DNA of 63,883 bases, counting the filler, from Globobulimina sp. (Eukaryota): NCBI GenBank assembly GCA_003354225.1. It is 14 parts of 14 records of this genome, joined end to end, with 100 filler letters (N's around TTAATTAATTAA, not from the genome) between each part and the next. Parts side by side here need not be neighbours in the genome. Positions count along the whole stretch, not along the records: positions 1 to 4,477 come from PIVH01001203.1; positions 4,578 to 9,054 come from PIVH01001204.1; positions 9,155 to 13,628 come from PIVH01001205.1; 11 more parts are not named here. One strand, 5' to 3'. Under the pieces are notes generated by a model. It was not told where the DNA came from. It was given only the letters and a program-made list of their open reading frames with translations, and searched no databases. Position 1 is the first letter of the stretch. The number at the start of each line of letters is the position of its first letter. The position numbers and the translations under genes were made by a program. Of this stretch, positions 1 to 10,034 are shown in pieces.

Positions 1-858
1 TATAACGTTGCATTCAACCACAAACAATCTGATTTGCAACAAAATTTGGCGGGTTTCTTATTATTCTTAACCATTGTAATGGCAATCTCCAATTTGTTGG
101 GTGTTTTATTCATAAAATTGGACAAAACTGACCGCAATTTGGCAGTGCAAAATAACGGAGAAAATATTAATGTTAATGTAGCTGAGAAGGAAGGGTCAAA
201 CAAATGGCGAATATTATTGAATTCAGATTTTATTCTTTTATTTATATCGTTTTTAATGATTCAAGCGTCCGGATTGTTATATATAAATAATATATCCTAT
301 ATTTGTAAAGCATTACATGTCGACTCATATACTCCGTATTTAACAGTATTACTACCATTAACCAGTGCAATTTCACGATTCTGCATTGGATTTTTATCTG
401 ATTGGTTACATCCAACATATTCAAGAACGCTTTTATTTACGATCGCTACTGTTTTTATGTTGCTATCTCAAGTAATCGCATGGTTGGTGATGGATCAATT
501 ATTTTTATCATCGGTATTGGTGGGATTTAGTTTTGGCAGCGCATGGTGTCTATGTCCAGTCATTGTATCTGAACAGTTTGGAAGAAACAATTTTGGATTG
601 AATTGGGGACTTATTATTATGGCATCAGCTTTTGGAGGATTAATGTATCAGCCGTTGCAGAGCAAGATATACAATGATCATATTGTTGGAAGTGATGATG
701 ATTGCTATGGAAGGGAGTGTTACCAAATGACATTTATGGTTTCATCCATTGGAATTATTATTGCTATCATTATCAACACTTATTTGGTCAAAAGATTCAA
801 AGCTTCTCAGCCAGAGAAAGTGTTTGATGGATTTACTGAGCCTCTTGCCTGTGATTAA
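1..858 (+). CDS. MFS transporter (nodulin-like/Mch1/OFA-type), C-terminal half, 5'-partial
   Basis: Frame open from base 1; multiple TM helices; MFS loop motif SRFCIGFLSD; PVIVSEQFGRNNFGLNWG; C-terminal CYGRECY typical of nodulin-like MFS proteins. Confidence 0.8.
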   Translation, partial: YNVAFNHKQSDLQQNLAGFLLFLTIVMAISNLLGVLFIKLDKTDRNLAVQNNGENINVNVAEKEGSNKWRILLNSDFILLFISFLMIQASGLLYINNISYICKALHVDSYTPYLTVLLPLTSAISRFCIGFLSDWLHPTYSRTLLFTIATVFMLLSQVIAWLVMDQLFLSSVLVGFSFGSAWCLCPVIVSEQFGRNNFGLNWGLIIMASAFGGLMYQPLQSKIYNDHIVGSDDDCYGRECYQMTFMVSSIGIIIAIIINTYLVKRFKASQPEKVFDGFTEPLACD

Positions 859-963
859 AAAACATTTTTCGTCGACTCACAATCAACACTGCATTATATT
901 AAACTTAATACAATGAACGTATCACAGACGAGACGGAGACTGAGCAAATAGTTGCGAAGTGAG

Positions 964-2151
964 TTAAATGACTGACATATTCTCATTTAAATCGTAGACA
1001 TCAATGGCATTAATTGTGTCTGGTTCATTTATCATCTGACTTTGTATTTGTCCCATTTCCTCATTAAACATATCCGATGGCTGTGCATGTGACAGAAACA
1101 CGTTCTCTCTTTCTTTATCAAATGCATTGCTCACATTCCAATAATAAAACAGAGTGCACCATACTATTGACACTATGGATATAATCACTTCAATTATCAT
1201 CACAATAAATAGTATTTTCTTACTCTTTGACTGCAAATATACGCCAATCAAACAGTACAAAACAGTGTTTGGTATCATTCCCAAACAACCAATAATATGA
1301 CCACATAAATCCAATGAAGTAAAACCAAGCATATAATTCATTAAACTGTATGTGTTCATAGGTAACAGTCGCAATAACAAGACAAATTTCCATCCATTTA
1401 TATAAAATATGCTCTTTTCGACCATTCGAATGAGTTCCCAATTCTGTAGAAATTGTTGGATTATATTTCGTAGCAAAAACCTACCATAAAAATAAGACAT
1501 TGTTGATGCAATAAAATTTATACCCCAAACAACAGAAATTGTGAGCATTATTCCTTCGGATTTGCCCCATATATTTGTAATTATTACAGCCGCATGAATA
1601 ATAAACATTGTTTGTGGTAACATCAATATGATGCAAACAAACAACATGACAGAAAACAAAACAATGCCCCAATTATGTTGCACTTGCATTGTATTTAGAT
1701 ATGGATTGAATATAATTGATGCAAAATGATAGTATATTAGAGATAAAATGAACAATGTGGTTAAAAAACATGTGGATACTATTTTGATCCAAATAATCGG
1801 CTTCTGATACCATTGGAGTTGTATTTGTGGTGGATTTAAGTTTACGGATGGCAGTAATGGCGGGATAGAGGCACTCGATGGCAGTGATTCGACAGATTCA
1901 TAATAGTTATGGTTGTATGGTGTATTAGACTTTAAAGACGAAGCACGTGTTATTGATGATTTGATAGATTTTGCATCGCTTCGGATTTTTGTTGGATAGC
2001 GAGGGAAATGCGGCTTGAATTTATTATAGGTATGGCGGGAAATATCTGTATGAATAACTGTTGGAGCAGAGGATGAGGTATCGGTTGAAACTGTTGGTGC
2101 ATACAGATGTCGTGAGAATTTAAAAGGATCAGAACCTCCCCAGTCTGACAT
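964..2151 (-). CDS. VTT/SNARE-associated Golgi (DedA/TMEM64/TVP38-like) membrane protein
   Basis: ASTMSYFYGRF, GWKFVLLLRLLP, YSLMNYMLG and LGMIPNT motifs of the DedA/VTT family; Ser/Pro-rich N-terminus. Confidence 0.8.
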   Translation of the reverse strand: MSDWGGSDPFKFSRHLYAPTVSTDTSSSAPTVIHTDISRHTYNKFKPHFPRYPTKIRSDAKSIKSSITRASSLKSNTPYNHNYYESVESLPSSASIPPLLPSVNLNPPQIQLQWYQKPIIWIKIVSTCFLTTLFILSLIYYHFASIIFNPYLNTMQVQHNWGIVLFSVMLFVCIILMLPQTMFIIHAAVIITNIWGKSEGIMLTISVVWGINFIASTMSYFYGRFLLRNIIQQFLQNWELIRMVEKSIFYINGWKFVLLLRLLPMNTYSLMNYMLGFTSLDLCGHIIGCLGMIPNTVLYCLIGVYLQSKSKKILFIVMIIEVIISIVSIVWCTLFYYWNVSNAFDKERENVFLSHAQPSDMFNEEMGQIQSQMINEPDTINAIDVYDLNENMSVI

Positions 2152-2257
2152 GATGCTACAGTTTTCACACTTTGCATTTAGAGCTACCGAAAGTTTAGTA
2201 TATAAATCATTAATTCAAGTAAAAACATTCGAAAGAACGCGTAAATAAAACACTAGT

Positions 2258-2974
2258 CTATGCCATATTATTCATTATCAACATCATTACAATTAAGAAT
2301 ATTAACTCTGACACATACATAATGATACCACCGCTATTTACCATACAATATCCCCATGCAAAAGAATGCAAAATCACACTCTTTCTCATATGTCTTTCAG
2401 CATAATCTTTGGTCCATGGTTTGTCTGCTCTTTTCATGACTAAATCCTGTTCATGGCCAACATTATCAAACGGACAATATTTGAATCCAATGATTTTGCC
2501 ATTAAATATGTTCCTAACTTTTTTGATGGTCCTCAATTTCTGACATTGTAGTTTTTGAATGTTTTGTAGTGCGTGGGACAGCATACAACAATCAAACAAC
2601 TTTCCATCATTAAAAATGTAAACCAAATATTCAAATTTGACACATACATCTGATATATCTCTCATTTTAAACGCCAAATAAGGTAAAATTTCATTTTGAT
2701 AATTACAATGACCACGAACCATTGTTCTGGATTTTGTTTTTTCGAAATAATGTATTAATGTGGTATTTGAAGGGGGCATTACATCTAAACCAATCAATAT
2801 TGTGTCATAGAAATCAAATGATTCCAAAATTTCTTTTCCTGTAAAATTGGCATTAAATAATGATTGGAATTCCTTTTCGATTCTATTTATTGGCGTTTTT
2901 AATGATGAATTTGACGATTTTACAGCAGAGATCATTATCAATGCGCTGTAAATTACCAATGAGAATTGTTGCAT
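2258..2974 (-). CDS. Hypothetical secreted or surface protein (signal peptide, hydrophobic C-terminus)
   Basis: 238-aa ORF with N-terminal hydrophobic leader, several Cys and a hydrophobic C-terminal tail; no family recognised. Confidence 0.6.
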   Translation of the reverse strand: MQQFSLVIYSALIMISAVKSSNSSLKTPINRIEKEFQSLFNANFTGKEILESFDFYDTILIGLDVMPPSNTTLIHYFEKTKSRTMVRGHCNYQNEILPYLAFKMRDISDVCVKFEYLVYIFNDGKLFDCCMLSHALQNIQKLQCQKLRTIKKVRNIFNGKIIGFKYCPFDNVGHEQDLVMKRADKPWTKDYAERHMRKSVILHSFAWGYCMVNSGGIIMYVSELIFLIVMMLIMNNMA

Positions 2975-3200
2975 CTTTTTTTTGAGTTTAGTTTTGTTTG
3001 CTGAGTACTTGGATGGATTTTAATTCGTTAAAATGCGAATCTCCGGATTCCTGATAAATAGCAGCTGCTGATTGTTTGTTAATTTTCCATGATATTGCAC
3101 GATGCATTAAATTCTTCATATTATATCGCCTCATTCGAAATTTCGTTCAGGTTTCAGGGTTTTCAGTCAACAATCATCAAAATTTTTGCCAACGTATTTC

Positions 3201-4477
3201 ATGCACCGACTAACTAGACTTTGCCAACGTATTTCTACTACAAGTAGGTAAATATTAATTCTCTCAAATTACATTTCGTGATTTTACCACTTATTCCAAT
3301 GTATATAGAATTGATAAAATACTATCAACGAATGCACGAACCGTCAGTTCACAACCATGGAATGATTACATATCCAGTGCACCTAAACACGATGCAATCC
3401 ATAGACTTTTAAAAAACAAGGGTTACATAAACGGTCAAGTTTAGTCTTCTCAATGAAATTTCTGGAAACTTACTCTCTATTTGCTCTGCTGCACAGTGGC
3501 AGGATGCAATCGACAAGCAAACATTCGATGTATTCGACCCCGCATCCAATGAAATAATCGCAACCTTGCCAGATATGAATGTGACAGAGACCAACGATGC
3601 AATAACCACCGCCGAATTATCGCTGGAAGCGTGGCAATCGTTTACAGCACATTATCGCTCAGAAATTGTAAACAAAATCTATGTGCTCATGAATGTGTAT
3701 CAGGAACAGTTGGCACGTATAATCACTGCAGAATGTGGCAAACCTTTAACGGAGTCACCTGGAGAAGTGATGTATGCTGCAGCGTTTTTCAAATGGTTTG
3801 CCGAAGAAGGCCGCAGAGTGTACGGTGATGTCATACCCAGCAACAAGCAAAACAGACGCATCTTAGTCACCAAACAGCCAGTCGGTGTATGCGGTATCAT
3901 AACACCATGGAACTTCCCGTCTGCCATGATTGCCAGAAAATTAGCACCAGCTCTCGTCACCGGCTGTTCTGTGGTTATCAAGGTACGTAACACTGTGTTT
4001 GCAGTACATGTAATTACTGCTTATCCAATGTAACAAACACAAAACAAATTCAGCCACCCCGCTTGTCGCCGCTTTCGGCATTGGCATTGGCAGAGATTTG
4101 CGAGGAAGCGGGCGTGCTGCCAGGCGTCGTCAATATGATTACAACAAAACAAAACAACCGCCAGGTTGGGCAGGAAATATGCGGCAATAAAACCGTACGC
4201 AAGCTATCCTTCACTGGTTCTACCGAAGCTGGCATGCTGTTGGCCCAGCAATGTTCGACTACGTTGAAGCGGACCTCTATGGAATTGGGCGGCAATGCGC
4301 CATTTATAGTGTTTGAGGACGCGGATATCGATGCTGCTGTGCAAGGCGCCATGGCGAGCAAGTACAGGAATGCCGGACAAACGTGTGTCTGTACGAATAG
4401 ATTTTATATTGACAGGAAAGTTCATGATGAGTTTGTGGATAAATATGTAGAACAAGTGAGGAAAATTAATGTTGGGC
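3201..4477 (+). CDS. ALDH5A1: Succinate-semialdehyde dehydrogenase, mitochondrial-type, 3'-partial; exons 3201-3247, 3309-3438, 3497-3982, 4054-4477
   Basis: Spliced frame is continuous (introns of 61, 58 and 71 nt, GT-AG). Contains GYINGQW, WFAEEGRRVYGD, ITPWNFPSAMI, SFTGST, SMELGGNAPFIVF and catalytic NAGQTCVC; Arg/Thr-rich leader. Confidence 0.9.
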
Positions 4478-4577
4478 NNNNNNNNNNNNNNNNNNNNNNN
4501 NNNNNNNNNNNNNNNNNNNNNTTAATTAATTAANNNNNNNNNNNNNNNNNNNNNNNNNNNNNNNNNNNNNNNNNNNN
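4478..4577. other. Artificial contig linker (N-run + TTAATTAATTAA + N-run); 13 such linkers in the window
   Basis: Identical 100-nt spacers also at 9055, 13629, 18202, 22775, 27348, 31920, 36491, 41057, 45623, 50189, 54754 and 59319; contig lengths fall from 4477 to 4465. Confidence 0.99.
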
Positions 4578-5381
4578 AATTCAATTCAACCTTCCTTTTT
4601 TAATGTTTGTTGTTCATTCATCTCATGATATATATACTTATTGGTTGGTTGCTTGGACTGTTGAACAGTCCTTGTTAATATATATAAATAAGCCACAAAA
4701 ACTGTAGTAAGCTAAAGCTGCCTCTTAAATCATGTGAAATGGCGAAAAGCAAAAAAGATACGTTTTTATTATTATGTTATGTTTTGTTTTGTTTTGTGTG
4801 TTGTGAATGCAATAATTAATATTATCAGAACGATGGCGTGCATGCGGTGGATCGAATTGGTTGATAATAATAATAATAATAAATCCTATCCAGTGCGGAC
4901 ATGCCATCACAATGATGATCCCATTACGGCCCAAACCACAAGACATGGTAGGAAACACGTTACATTGTTCGCCGTGGTGTGAAGTGTGAACATTAAAATG
5001 TCAAAATTGGATGGTACCACGCGATGCTTCTCACGCATAATAAATCTAATGCCCATTCTCCAGCTTTTTGCAACCGGTCCTTTGTAATCAACTCCTTTTA
5101 CAACCACTGTCCAATATAGATCCTGTTGACAAGCGGCAAACGCTGTTTCTTGTACAAAAATACCATGCTGACTTATATGCCACTCATTGCGTCCATCTTT
5201 CTTATGTTTTAATGCAAAACGTTTCAATGCATCTAAACAATGGTCAGTTTTAGTTACAGCTGCCTTAATTTGCTCACCATAATCACCATTATTATCATCA
5301 TAATCGCCATATTATGATCATAATTGTCATTATTAGTGTTCTGTTTATATAATTAGATAATTGACAAAAAAATAAACTCAA

Positions 5382-5384
<3 letters not shown>

Positions 5385-5421
<37 letters not shown>

Positions 5422-5426
5422 CTCTC
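5385..5426. repeat. (TC)n/(CA)n microsatellite
   Basis: About 15 TC units followed by a short CA run, ~65 bp upstream of the ATG at 5492. Confidence 0.95.
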
Positions 5427-5491
5427 ACCACCCCAACCACTGTATTTCCGCGTAGCAAATTCAAAGAAACAAACAATTGCAAATTGATCAG

Positions 5492-7852
5492 ATGTCATAT
5501 CCAAGCGATCATCCATCAATAAGTGGTGATATCAATTTAAGTAAACATGATTCACCAAAGGATTCATCTGAATTAGAACGGTGGTATTTTAATGGACATT
5601 TTACTGGACATTTAAATGAGAATAATAATGATTTTTCATTATTTCTTTGTTTTTTTCGTATTACTTCAAAACGAAAAAAATGTGGATATGCTTATGCAAT
5701 CAAAATATCCATTTACAATAAAACCACAAATAAAGTTTATCACAAATGTATTTTCCCGAAACTGATGTGTAAAATGATGAGTGCTGAATATGATGATATT
5801 CGAAAAGCAGGAAAAGAGACACTTTCATTTATTGAAGAAGAATACGCAAGATTTTTCAAAGAAAATATTTCTCCCAAACCAGATTTCTTAGCAATTAATG
5901 ATCCCATTGTTAAAAAAAATGAATTATTTATTCAAATTGATGATAACCTATTAACAAAAGATAAGTTTGGTAATTACATCATTAAAATTGATACAACAAT
6001 GTATGAAGAAAGTGAAGAAACAATCAAACTTGATTTATTATTCAAACCATTTAAAAGAAAAGCACTCAGACAAGGATATCATGGATATGTTAAAGATACG
6101 CAAACATTTTATTACAGTTTAACCAATTTAAACATATTTGGAAAAATGCAAATTAATAATCAAATGATTGAAACTGTTAATGACAGTAAAAATAAAGGAT
6201 GGTATGATCATGAATTTGGCCCAAACAAGAAATTAGGTTGGAACTGGATCTCGATTCAATTGGATAATAATGTTGAAATTTGTTGTTCACTTCTCTCCAT
6301 TGAACATGAGAAAAATGGAAATGGTCGAATTATAGTTACTGATGCTGCGCCATTAAATGATAATAATAATTCCACGCGGGTGATTCATGAAAATGACAAT
6401 ACAATAACGTTTAATGAATCGAAGGAAAATTTATTTGTATCACATAAATCGTTTGATTCTTATCCGACAAAATTTAAGCTTGAATTGGATGATATTAAAT
6501 ATGGTCACATTGAGTTAGAAGTAGAATGTGCGTTAAACAGTGCGGATATTAATTGTGAAATAATGTTTATCCCGTTAAGAAATACATTTTGGGAATCACC
6601 TGTTAATATTAGTGGTTATATTAATAATGGTCAAACAAAAGTAAATGGTGTTGGATTTGTTGAAATGGTGAATGCAACAGATAACAAACATGCGTTTAAT
6701 GAAAAAATGATCATGAAAAAAGTGCAAAGTTATTTAGCAGATGTTGCAATACATTCAATTTATCCAAAATTAAATAATTTTGATTTTGAACATTTAAAAA
6801 AATTAATGTTATTACCAGGATTTGAAGGGAAGACAAATTTTAATGAATTAGATTTAAATAAGTTACATTTAAATTTATTAAACCCTGTTCTTGAATTAGT
6901 AAAACAGAAAGGAAAAGGTTGGAGATCATTGGCTGGAATTATAGCAGCAAATATTGCAAACAATAATTTTAATCCTACACAGATGGCATTAAAACAACTG
7001 GTCGCATTACAAGAATTAACTCATGTTGGTTCATTAATTCTTGATGATATTCAAGATGATTCATCACAACGAAGGGGTATGCAAAGTATTCATGTAAAAT
7101 ATGATATTAAAACAGCAATTAATTGTGGTAATGGAGCAATGATGTTATCTGAATATATTTTTCGTGATATGGGTCTTAATGAAGATCAAAAATTAAAAAT
7201 GTATCAACAATTATTTCGTTGTTATCGTGGTGCATGGATTGGACAATCATTAGATTGTGCTACATTAGGTTATATGATGGAGGATGTGATTGAAAATAAA
7301 AACAATGAGGTTGATTTAGCAATTAACAGATTAACACAAATTCATTCATTAAAGACAGGTGTACCAGTGAGTTCTGGAGCATGTATGGCTGCGATTGTTG
7401 CAGATGAGAATGTTACAGATGATACACTTAATGCTCTTGCAAATTATTTTGAGAATTTAGGTATTTCATTTCAAATATTAGATGATGTAAAAAATTTAAT
7501 GGGTGTATTTAGAATAGTTGACACAAATAATGAAAAAGCTATTCCATTGAAAAATATTGGTGAAGATATTACAGAAGCAAAGGTTACTTATCCATTATTG
7601 TATGCGATGAAATTTATTAAAAATAAAAAAGATAAATTGGAATTATGGAACAGAATTAAAAAAAATCCAACGGATTTTAATGACATTAAAAGTATTATAA
7701 ATGTTATTAAAGATTGTGGTGCAATACAACATTGTAAAGACATTGCATTACAGAAAATGGAAAAAGAAAATGAAAAGATATATCAAGTATTTGGACCATC
7801 ATTTTATACCATTTTGATGGTTGCATTTGGTAAATTTCTTTTGAATAATTGA
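5492..7852 (+). CDS. Fusion of a CrtC/AttH (lipocalin-like hydratase/cyclase fold) domain and a trans-isoprenyl diphosphate synthase
   Basis: N-half: ERWYFNGH, FYYS, GWYDHEFG, GWNWISIQLDN, FWESP, GVGFVE. C-half: GKGWR, ELTHVGSLILDDIQD..RRG (FARM), GQSLD, KTG, FQILDDVKN (SARM), GEDITEAKVTYP. Intronless. Confidence 0.85.
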   Translation: MSYPSDHPSISGDINLSKHDSPKDSSELERWYFNGHFTGHLNENNNDFSLFLCFFRITSKRKKCGYAYAIKISIYNKTTNKVYHKCIFPKLMCKMMSAEYDDIRKAGKETLSFIEEEYARFFKENISPKPDFLAINDPIVKKNELFIQIDDNLLTKDKFGNYIIKIDTTMYEESEETIKLDLLFKPFKRKALRQGYHGYVKDTQTFYYSLTNLNIFGKMQINNQMIETVNDSKNKGWYDHEFGPNKKLGWNWISIQLDNNVEICCSLLSIEHEKNGNGRIIVTDAAPLNDNNNSTRVIHENDNTITFNESKENLFVSHKSFDSYPTKFKLELDDIKYGHIELEVECALNSADINCEIMFIPLRNTFWESPVNISGYINNGQTKVNGVGFVEMVNATDNKHAFNEKMIMKKVQSYLADVAIHSIYPKLNNFDFEHLKKLMLLPGFEGKTNFNELDLNKLHLNLLNPVLELVKQKGKGWRSLAGIIAANIANNNFNPTQMALKQLVALQELTHVGSLILDDIQDDSSQRRGMQSIHVKYDIKTAINCGNGAMMLSEYIFRDMGLNEDQKLKMYQQLFRCYRGAWIGQSLDCATLGYMMEDVIENKNNEVDLAINRLTQIHSLKTGVPVSSGACMAAIVADENVTDDTLNALANYFENLGISFQILDDVKNLMGVFRIVDTNNEKAIPLKNIGEDITEAKVTYPLLYAMKFIKNKKDKLELWNRIKKNPTDFNDIKSIINVIKDCGAIQHCKDIALQKMEKENEKIYQVFGPSFYTILMVAFGKFLLNN

Positions 7853-7987
7853 TCGATGATATATAGTGATTATCATCTCTAAATAATATTAATTTGTTAT
7901 TATTTCCCGTCTTTAATCTTTAAAGTCTACTGGTCTCGTCCTATCCCCTCTAGTCTCGCTATATTGTTTATAATTCATTTGAAAAAT

Positions 7988-8068
7988 GTGAACCTAGCTC
8001 AATTGGCAGAGCATTGGTTTGAATGGATTGCAAACCAATGGATGTAGGTTCGAATCCTACGGTGATAT
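7988..8068 (+). tRNA. tRNA-like element or pseudo-tRNA (anticodon ambiguous: GAA Phe or GCA Cys)
   Basis: D-arm TAGCTCAATTGGCAGAGC, anticodon stem TTGGT/ACCAA around a 15-nt loop, perfect T-arm GTAGG-TTCGAAT-CCTAC; acceptor stem only partly paired. Confidence 0.6.
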
Positions 8069-8520
8069 TATTATAATTTATTTAATTAACCCGAGCCTCT
8101 GCTATGACACGTGAATTAATTAATTATATATAGCGTGAAAATGCAGTATATCAAACTGCATCTTTATCACGTTGTATTTTACAAATTATTTGGGTTGGAA
8201 TTGGTTGAATTGGGTTGGAATTTAATAATTATTTGATTCTTATGATGATGGCTTAAATGCATCGTCATCATCACCACAACTAATTATTTGAATATCAATG
8301 GGCGAGATCCCAAGAAATAATTATTTGAATATCACATTAGCAGCTAATCCAAGTTACAAAACAAAAAGCATTTTTGCTTTATCGTAAAAATCCATTTTCT
8401 AAGAAAAAAAACTGATTTTTTCTGTTTAAAAACAAATTACATCTTTTTGACATGCTCCCTAAAGCAAAAATACCCATTAATGGTAGATATAAAGTTTTTC
8501 TTACTTGTTACTTGCAAATA

Positions 8521-9054
8521 ATGCAACGTGCAACTCGAAATGTCTCTCGTTGTGTCAGAAACACAACCGTTTCCAAATCAATATATCTTGGAGTTAGCCA
8601 TTCAATTCATTACACCCAACGTCGTGGAGGAGCCATATCCAACTTTTTCACCAACAAACTAAGTCTCGGATATAAAATCCGTGGAATTAAATCAAGAGAA
8701 GACTTCAAACCAAAAGGCATTTTAGTCTACAAATCAAGCTATCTTTCCGCCTTTAAATACCTCGCCATTGGCACCTCGATGTTTGCCATTTCATTCACCT
8801 TTGCTGGAATCTATGATTATATCTATCCCATCGAATTTTTTGCTCAAAACTTCTTTGTTATGTTTGTTGGCGGCGTCGCCGGTTGGATGATTCCACTATT
8901 TATCATCCCTAGTTTTGGTCGTCGCTTTATAACCAGAATGTGGCTGGAAAACAACTGGTGGATCCATATAGAGTCCCATTCGAGAATGGGCAACATCAGA
9001 CATACCAGAGTACGTGATATATTTTCCAGAATTTTCAACACAAACTGCTATAAA
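8521..9054 (+). CDS. Mitochondrial two-TM protein, TMEM70/TMEM186/TMEM223-like, 3'-partial
   Basis: Arg/Ser/Thr-rich presequence (MQRATRNVSR...), LVYKS, two TM helices, then FGRRFITRMWL. Confidence 0.5.
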
Positions 9055-9207
9055 NNNNNNNNNNNNNNNNNNNNNNNNNNNNNNNNNNNNNNNNNNNNTT
9101 AATTAATTAANNNNNNNNNNNNNNNNNNNNNNNNNNNNNNNNNNNNNNNNNNNNTGACACCTTCCCATTAGGCTAACTTGGACCACATTCCCCTTAGGGT
9201 TTGGTTC

Positions 9208-9370
9208 AAATAAACCTCGACCAACATTGTCACCAAGTCCCGTCATAAATAAATCTCGACCACCATGTCACCAGCCGTCGCCAAGTCCCCCGTTAGAAAT
9301 AAATACATGACTACCCACCAGCGGACCAGGTTTTGGTCGAAATAAACCTCGACCACCACGTCACCAAGTC
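9208..9370. repeat. Degenerate tandem repeat, 4 units of ~40-50 bp (AAATAAACCTCGACCACCA..GTCACCAAGTC)
   Basis: Units start at ~9208, 9247, 9297 and 9340; the last includes the dyad TGGTCGA-N8-TCGACCA. Confidence 0.75.
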
Positions 9371-10002
9371 ATAGCCTATATACGCCTCCACTGGTCATAT
9401 ATTAAATATATGATCATGCAGTTGCTGGGAAAACTGTCGCGGCGTCATGATCTCGATAATATTTATATTATCGATAATATATATATGATCTCAATAATAT
9501 ATATATTAGTAGATAAAATATATATTAAAATCCTAAGGGAATCTTCGCTGTGTAATATATATATTAGCCTTAATCATATATTATCTAATCATATGCGTAT
9601 ATCTTATCCGGAACATTACTGTAAAGTTTTCCATGTCGACTGTCGAGCATTTAATGTTAAACATGAAAGAGCTGTGCAGTTCGAAAACCTCCACAATGCA
9701 GTTCCACAACACCAAAAGCTCCACATTGCTGATCCGCAAAATATGCGCCAGTCTCGATATTACTGAATAATTATGGGTAAAATACTATTTGCAAAAGAGC
9801 ATCCGGTTTTCAACGTCAGATTTTTATTGTTTCTGAGAAACGAAGGCAAACCTATATTATGTTTACCTTTATCAGTCACCAGAAACGGTTTGCTTACACC
9901 TTACCCCAATAAAAATCTGAAGACAGGATGCTCTCTTTGTGGACTTATCGAATTGGTTGAAAATTTAAGCGCTGTTTTACAGCGTTTTTAAAAAATCAGT
10001 AC

Positions 10003-10018
10003 TTATCGGAGAGGCCTA
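10003..10018. mobile_element. Putative transposon terminus TTATCGGAGAGGCCTA (second exact copy at 33343-33358)
   Basis: Exact 16-mer shared by two unrelated contigs, each at the right edge of a gene-free tract, ending in TA. Confidence 0.35.
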
Positions 10019-10034
10019 ATAAGAACAACCCCGA

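Noticed and set aside
4725-5253. Short overlapping ORFs, including a CGLGRNG resembling a PTP P-loop
   Set aside because: No HCxxGxxR motif, no consistent frame or splice model; at most an unidentifiable decayed fragment.
8190-8340. TTGGGTTGGAA repeats (and a lone TTAGGG at ~9194) as telomeric sequence
   Set aside because: Only 2-3 imperfect units, internal, and not a tandem telomeric array.
9208-9370. Possible CRISPR array
   Set aside because: Units are degenerate, the spacers are too short and irregular, there are no cas genes, and the context is eukaryotic.
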